64,000 nucleotides of DNA from Amoebophrya sp. A120. Its lineage: Eukaryota; Protista; Dinoflagellata. Shown here one piece after another: positions 59,701 to 64,000 of this stretch; position 1 is the stretch's first letter; every line of letters begins with the position of its first letter. The notes below the pieces were generated by a model. It searched no databases. It worked only from the letters and a program-made list of their open reading frames with translations, and was not told the DNA's origin. The stretch lies in contig CAJINV010000009.1 in the NCBI GenBank assembly GCA_905178155.1, forward strand, positions 1,893,666 to 1,957,665, read 5' to 3'. The translations under genes were made by a program, and so were the position numbers.

Positions 59701-62700
59701 CATCATCATATCGAATGGGCGGGGGGGGTGCGGGGGGGGGCGAGGGCCCCCCGCACTTATCTCGATCGCAGAGTCTTCGCCTCCATCTCATTCATAATCT
59801 CCATCGTGGAAAAATTATAAACACTTTCAAACCACCACTATTCCAATCTTAAAATCTTCATCGCAGTCTTAAAANAAAGCTAGACCGTCGCTGTTCGGGG
59901 ATGAACTGTGGATATGAGAGGGTGGGGCGATTGTAAGTATGAACCGCAGCAAGGCCCCTAGGGGTTCGCCAGCGCGAGGGCGAAGCAACCTGCCCGCGCC
60001 CCCGCCTGTGGCATACGTGCCCGGCGTAGCTTTTTGATCATCGTTTCTTGCTCCTGGGCCTGGCCTACTGCAGATCTCGCATGCCGGCTAGCCAGCATGA
60101 CTGCGTGGCCGGCCGCGCAACTTGAACTTCTAACAGCCTTGGATGCGTATCTTCTTTTCTAATCGATCGTTTGCTTTTTTATCATCGTCTTATCATCATC
60201 ATCATCATCATCATCGCCATCGTCTATCCTGCGCGGGGTATTGCGCAATAGAGGGCTAAAAAGTTTCTTCGTGGCAGCAGGAGAGGGCGATATTAGTTCC
60301 TTCATTGCTGCAGACGCGACCTCTACTGTCTGGGTGGTTCTGATGTGTACGCAGGAAAAGTACGAAGTCGGACCCTCAATACGTACGCAGGGACAGAATC
60401 GCGCAAACAGGGGGGGGGCTTGCGGCGGTCTTCCCCACGACCGGGAAACTGCGGCGCCATCCCCCAACGAAGGCTTCGCGTGTGTTCCCTACCGAGTACC
60501 ACTGCGCCTCTGCGAAAAAAGTTCGCGCAAGCGGCTCCGCGTTCCTGCGGGACGGGTTGGGGCCGGTCTCCCTCCCCCCAGGAGTGAGCCGCCTTCCTTG
60601 CTTCCTCACCCACCACCCCCACTAACCCTACTACCCATTCTAGCGCAAGTTTGCGCTGTCACGCCGAGCGGGCGAAGCTATTCGATTCTCGTCAACTACT
60701 ACAAGCGAGGCAGCCTGATCAAGTCCAATGTGCTCTCGCATGTCTACTACAACGCAGCAGTGCGGCTGTGGAACGAGCGCAGTTATCAGGAAATCAATGT
60801 CTTCATCAATAAGATGCTGCGAACCATCACAGGCACTGCGATTCCGGGAATGGTAGGGGTGGCAAACAACTACACACTACGGAGAAGGTTCGGCATCCAA
60901 AGTGCGCGAACAGCGATCGAGAGGATCACTATCGACTACCTAGGGCACAAGATCCGGATGGGAAGAGACGAGCCAGGCGAAGGCCTAGAAAAAGGAAACA
61001 CGTACCGCGCTCGCTTCCCGGATGGGCGCACCGACCACCACCTGATCTACGGCAGATTGATCACGATTTCGGCAGGTGCGCAAGGCAACAGGCGGATGCA
61101 GCGCAGGACGCTAGCCAAGCAGTGGCTCGAAATCATGGGGCGCGCGCAACTCCGGCCTGACATGACGCGGAAGCAGTGGAACGAGGCGGCTACGCTCTAC
61201 ATTCGCAAGATTGAGGAGCAAGAGCGCTTGGCAGCGTACGCAGCGGACGGCGCCGGAAACGTCGAGAAGCGACGCGACGAACTGCTCGCCGGTCATGGTG
61301 TCAACGCAGGCGCCAGCGAGATACGGCTGAGGAAGAACGTACACGAAGAGGGCGAGTTGATCGCCAGCCACAGCGTTATCTCGCAGTACCAGTGCCCGCA
61401 CTGTTTTGTGCGTTTCCCCGACGGCGGCAGCGGCTTCAAGTCGCACAAAACTAGGTGTGGGAAGGTCGATTATACAGGTGTGAACTTTGATGATGTCATC
61501 TGTATTCGAACTTTTGCAGCAGGACGGACCCAATTGCCTTGGGGCAATCGTTGGCATTGTAAAAAGTGCGGCACTACAGGCACTGATGGCAAGGCCACTA
61601 GTGGGCAGGGGGTCAAGTGTGCACTGAAGCTGGCGCAGCATGCTCAGACTTGTGACCCCGCTCAGAAGAAGGGGAGGAGGCAGGACGAGGTCCTGCAGTA
61701 CATGTCTGATCTGCAAGCGTTTGATGCCCTCAACCCCGTGGCGCATTAGGTTCCAAAAGTGTTCTAACTATTCGATCATCCGTGGTGCGTGTGTTGTTGA
61801 TTCAAAAAAATGATGTTGATTTTTGTGCGCCAAGAAAAAGTAAGAGCTGATGCGTGGCGCACACACCCACGCTTGTAGTGGCGCACATACCCACTACGAC
61901 TACATAGTGGCGCACACACCCACTCCCTGTAGTCTGTCCAGATTTCTGCTCCTCCTCTGTGTTTTCGTTTGCTCTGGTTAGCTGTCTGCTGCTCGAAAAA
62001 TACTCGCGTCCTACTTGTGAAACGCGATGGTAAGGCAACTTTTCAAAAAAACCTGTCTTCTTGTTGCACATCTATGTTTTTCTCCCGTTCCCTAGTTTAG
62101 TCTACTGCACTCAGATCGTAACTTCTATCTCCAATCGCCGCGCGGTCTAAAAAATCGTTTCACATTGGAACGATAAGATGCTGCGTCGTGTTGAACGCAT
62201 CGAAAAAGAACGCTGCCTGATGGTGCAGTTCAACCATCCGGAAATCCGCTGGCCGCGGAAGGACAACAGTCCAAATGGCGACTTCCTTACGACCTTCGAC
62301 AAGGAGCAAAAGAAGTCCTTCCTCCGCCTGATGGGTACCCATTTCCAGGGTGCTCAGCCGTCGGCCAAGCAGATGGAGTACCAGACCAAGGACGACGGTA
62401 CTTCTGAGCTGACGGAGCTGCAGGACGACTGGACCGACGCCCAAAAAGCCGACTTCACCGCCAAGAAAACCGATTTTGTGACCTTGTGGGGTTCCATTGC
62501 GGACGCCCCGGAGCTGGTTGAGTACATCAACTGGAAGAACAACAACTGGATCCAGGTCGTTTTTCACTTGGGCGAGCACCACAGCAAGGTCATGGATCTG
62601 GCCCGCGTCGTCGACAACAATCCCTTCCGCAAGTACTTCAGTCGTGGCCTGAAGTTGAAACCGATGCAGATGGGCAAGCCGAAGGAGAACGCTAACGGTG

Positions 62701-63683
62701 CCAATGGCAACAGCAACGTGAAGAAGAAGGGCGGCAAGAAGGGCAAGGGCAAGGGCGGCAAAAAGGGCAACGGAGGGAAGCAGCAGTAGTGGTTTGGTCT
62801 TGCGACCTTGTCACGCTACCAGTGCACTTCTTCATCATTTACACCTTCTCCGACACACTCAATCACACGATAACGACGTGCAGCAAGCACGACAGTCCTG
62901 TGCGATCCTACGATGGGGCGCATGTTTGAAGATGATGATGAGTGACGATGAAAGAAACACATGCGTTTTTTCACAAATGTACTCCAGTCACGTAATGGAG
63001 TAATGCACTACAACACTGATGGCGCTGCCTGGCACCACATCAGCCAGGAGCACAAGCTGCTTGACATCCTCAGTCAAGAGCTACGACAGACAGACGTTGA
63101 CTTACGTGCCTCGCACGGTAAACAGACTGTAAGTGTGCAAATCAAATCAAATCAAAAATCTATCGATTCTATTTCTAAGCTAGCATCAAGAGTCAAAAGC
63201 TATCACGATGAAATTGTAAAAATAAGTACGAGTTGGGGCGCCTCCGTCATGCGCCCAGCGATTGATGTCGCCACCCAGGGACTGCCACGTTTGCATCGCC
63301 GTTTGGCACTCGGTCTGTTTGATGAGGTTTTCAAGAACAATTTCAGCGAGAATTATCACTACAGAGTTTCATCTCCTTGCTTAGCAGGAGCGCCATCATT
63401 CTCATCGTCGTACGACTACAGTATCGCAGAGCTGTAGTTTCAAAGAGCGAACGCCCCCTGCGCCTGCCGTACAAAAGCAGGAGAAGAGGCGAAAAGAAAA
63501 TGTTCAAAATAGACTTCGTCTCACCGTGCTTTGGCCCGCCTTGAATCTTTGCCACCAGACCTCGCCGATGTAGTGTCCGCAGGTCCAGGTTCGGTGGTTG
63601 ATGATCCCGAAATTTCGGTGCACCTCGAACTTTTCCGTCGTAATCATGTTTTTGATCCCCTCGCTGTTGCAGCTGATGCACTC
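53706..63683 (-). CDS. Ankyrin-repeat-like protein, 5' end beyond the window; exons 63683-63525, 63314-63230, 54295-54059, 53920-53706
   Basis: GT-AG joins give ...WQSLGGDINRWAHDGGAPTPMAYMAVQGGPQALPIMEQLLKMGS..., an ankyrin-like GxDIN/TP pattern. Intron 63229-54296 contains the whole retrotransposon. Confidence 0.75.
54693..57500 (+). pseudogene. Retrotransposon APE-RT ORF, N-terminal part (interrupted)
   Basis: APE motifs TQNCQ, GYQPS, GGDFNS, TWRHP..EIDYF and TDH; RT motifs NYRAIAV, QRGFR, DFKKAF, GMKEGGPSSP and FADD. The last ~55 aa of the ORF-track call are read-through into the insert. Confidence 0.92.
57522..57635 (+). repeat. 18-bp minisatellite GAGTTCAGTGCAYCTYTT, ~6 copies
   Basis: Directly visible; translates as EFSAPF repeats. 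Confidence 0.9.
57891..59874 (+). repeat. 207-bp tandem satellite, ~9.6 copies, truncated at the gap
   Basis: TTATCTCGAT recurs at 58101, 58308, 58515, 58722, 58929, 59136, 59343, 59550 and 59757; the first unit is diverged. Confidence 0.97.
60690..61749 (+). pseudogene. Retrotransposon ORF, C-terminal part (RT thumb region plus two C2HC-type zinc fingers)
   Basis: KRGSLIKSNVLSHVYY...W...FINKMLRTITG and YLGHKIRM are typical post-RT LINE motifs; CPHC..HKTRC and CKKC..HAQTC. Confidence 0.85.
61852..61934 (+). promoter_or_regulatory. Three tandem stem-loops with loop CGCACAYAC, between the two retrotransposon ORFs
   Basis: Stems GCGTGG/CCACGC, GTAGTGG/CCACTAC and AGTGG/CCACT (plus lower stem GACTACA/TGTAGTC). 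Confidence 0.7.
62178..62789 (+). CDS. 203-aa protein with a K/G-rich basic tail, inside the retrotransposon downstream of RT
   Basis: Intact ORF with strong C/G-ending codon bias; ends KKKGGKKGKGKGGKKGNGGKQQ; lies within the TSD-bounded unit. Confidence 0.8.
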   Translation: MLRRVERIEKERCLMVQFNHPEIRWPRKDNSPNGDFLTTFDKEQKKSFLRLMGTHFQGAQPSAKQMEYQTKDDGTSELTELQDDWTDAQKADFTAKKTDFVTLWGSIADAPELVEYINWKNNNWIQVVFHLGEHHSKVMDLARVVDNNPFRKYFSRGLKLKPMQMGKPKENANGANGNSNVKKKGGKKGKGKGGKKGNGGKQQ

Positions 63684-63774
63684 CTATGCATTGCAAAAGT
63701 ATCGCACTAGTATAAATCTCTACCATGACTAGTTATAAGTCAGAAAACCCATTACTTAATAGTATCCCGCAATA

Positions 63775-64000
63775 AAAACAAACAATAGAAACGAAGAATG
63801 GAAAGGAAAAACGAAAACAAAGAATGGAAACGAAAAACGAAAACAAAGAATAGAAACGAAAAACGAAAACAAAGAATGAAAACAAAGAATGAAAACAAAG
63901 AATGAAAAACAAAGAATGAAAACAAAGAATGAAAACAAAGAATGAAAACAAAGAATGAAAACAAAAAACGAAAACAAAGAATAGAAACGAAAAAGAACAA
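63775..64000 (+). repeat. Degenerate ~13-bp A-rich repeat (GAAAACAAAGAAT)n, probably intronic
   Basis: Directly visible; lies upstream of the exon at 63683 on the minus strand. Confidence 0.85.

Larger units (their letters stand above)
57496..60690. mobile_element. ~3.2-kb insertion in the RT ORF carrying tandem arrays (possibly Helitron-like); contains an assembly gap
   Basis: Coding signal stops near 57490 and resumes near 60690; N at 59875; boundaries ambiguous. Confidence 0.55.
54446..63157 (+). mobile_element. Non-LTR retrotransposon (APE-type, RTE-like), apparently full length, with internal insertion
   Basis: Exact 15-bp TSD ATCTATCGATTCTAT at 54431-54445 and 63158-63172; (AAATC)3AAAA tail at 63139-63157; APE and RT ORF. 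Removal leaves a 207-nt host intron. Confidence 0.88.

Noticed and set aside
57891-59874. CRISPR-like array
   Set aside because: Whole units are identical with no unique spacers, there are no cas genes, and the context is eukaryotic.
60317-60370. Hammerhead-like CTGATG-T-GTAC...GTAC-GAAG
   Set aside because: Two invariant core positions are altered (A9, A15.1/U16.1) and stem I does not form properly.
61801-61815. A7 run plus AATGATG as the LINE 3' end and a 7-bp TSD with 54448-54454
   Set aside because: The 15-bp TSD, repeat tail and restored host intron at 63157 are much stronger evidence.
62961-63437. 158-aa plus-strand ORF
   Set aside because: Crosses the element tail and TSD into the antisense of host exons; chimeric and spurious.
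63343-63726. 127-aa minus-strand ORF as listed in the track
   Set aside because: Wrong frame; the exon 63683-63525 reads ECISCNSEGIKNM... and splices in phase to the next exon.

Overview
Eukaryotic genomic DNA, by inference a syndinian dinoflagellate such as Amoebophrya. The basis is about 16 host genes all on the minus strand, proteins inflated with low-complexity sequence, 140-430 nt introns, and inverted-repeat 'introner' introns. Recognisable genes: RPL23A, a DNAJB12/14-like J protein, a CRAL-TRIO protein, a Cys-less pentameric ligand-gated ion channel, a TPR/CS co-chaperone-like protein, an LRR protein, a RAD51 paralog, a PPR-like protein and an ankyrin-like protein. Two mobile systems stand out. 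(1) Three MITE-like elements (2247-2606, 12365-12626, 15840-16161) sit inside coding exons. They share TAT...ATA termini and 5-bp target duplications. Including one flanking base at each end gives GT-AG, GT-AG and AT-AA introns that keep the frame and add one codon. (2) An 8.7-kb non-LTR retrotransposon (54446-63157; 15-bp TSD, (AAATC)3 tail) lies antisense in an intron of the ankyrin-like gene. Its APE-RT-zinc-finger ORF comes first, followed by three stem-loops with a shared loop and a second, basic, ORF1-like ORF downstream, the reverse of the usual LINE order. The RT ORF is split by a ~3.2-kb insert carrying 18-bp and 207-bp tandem arrays and an assembly gap (N at 59875). All exon joins were derived by hand and need RNA-seq confirmation.
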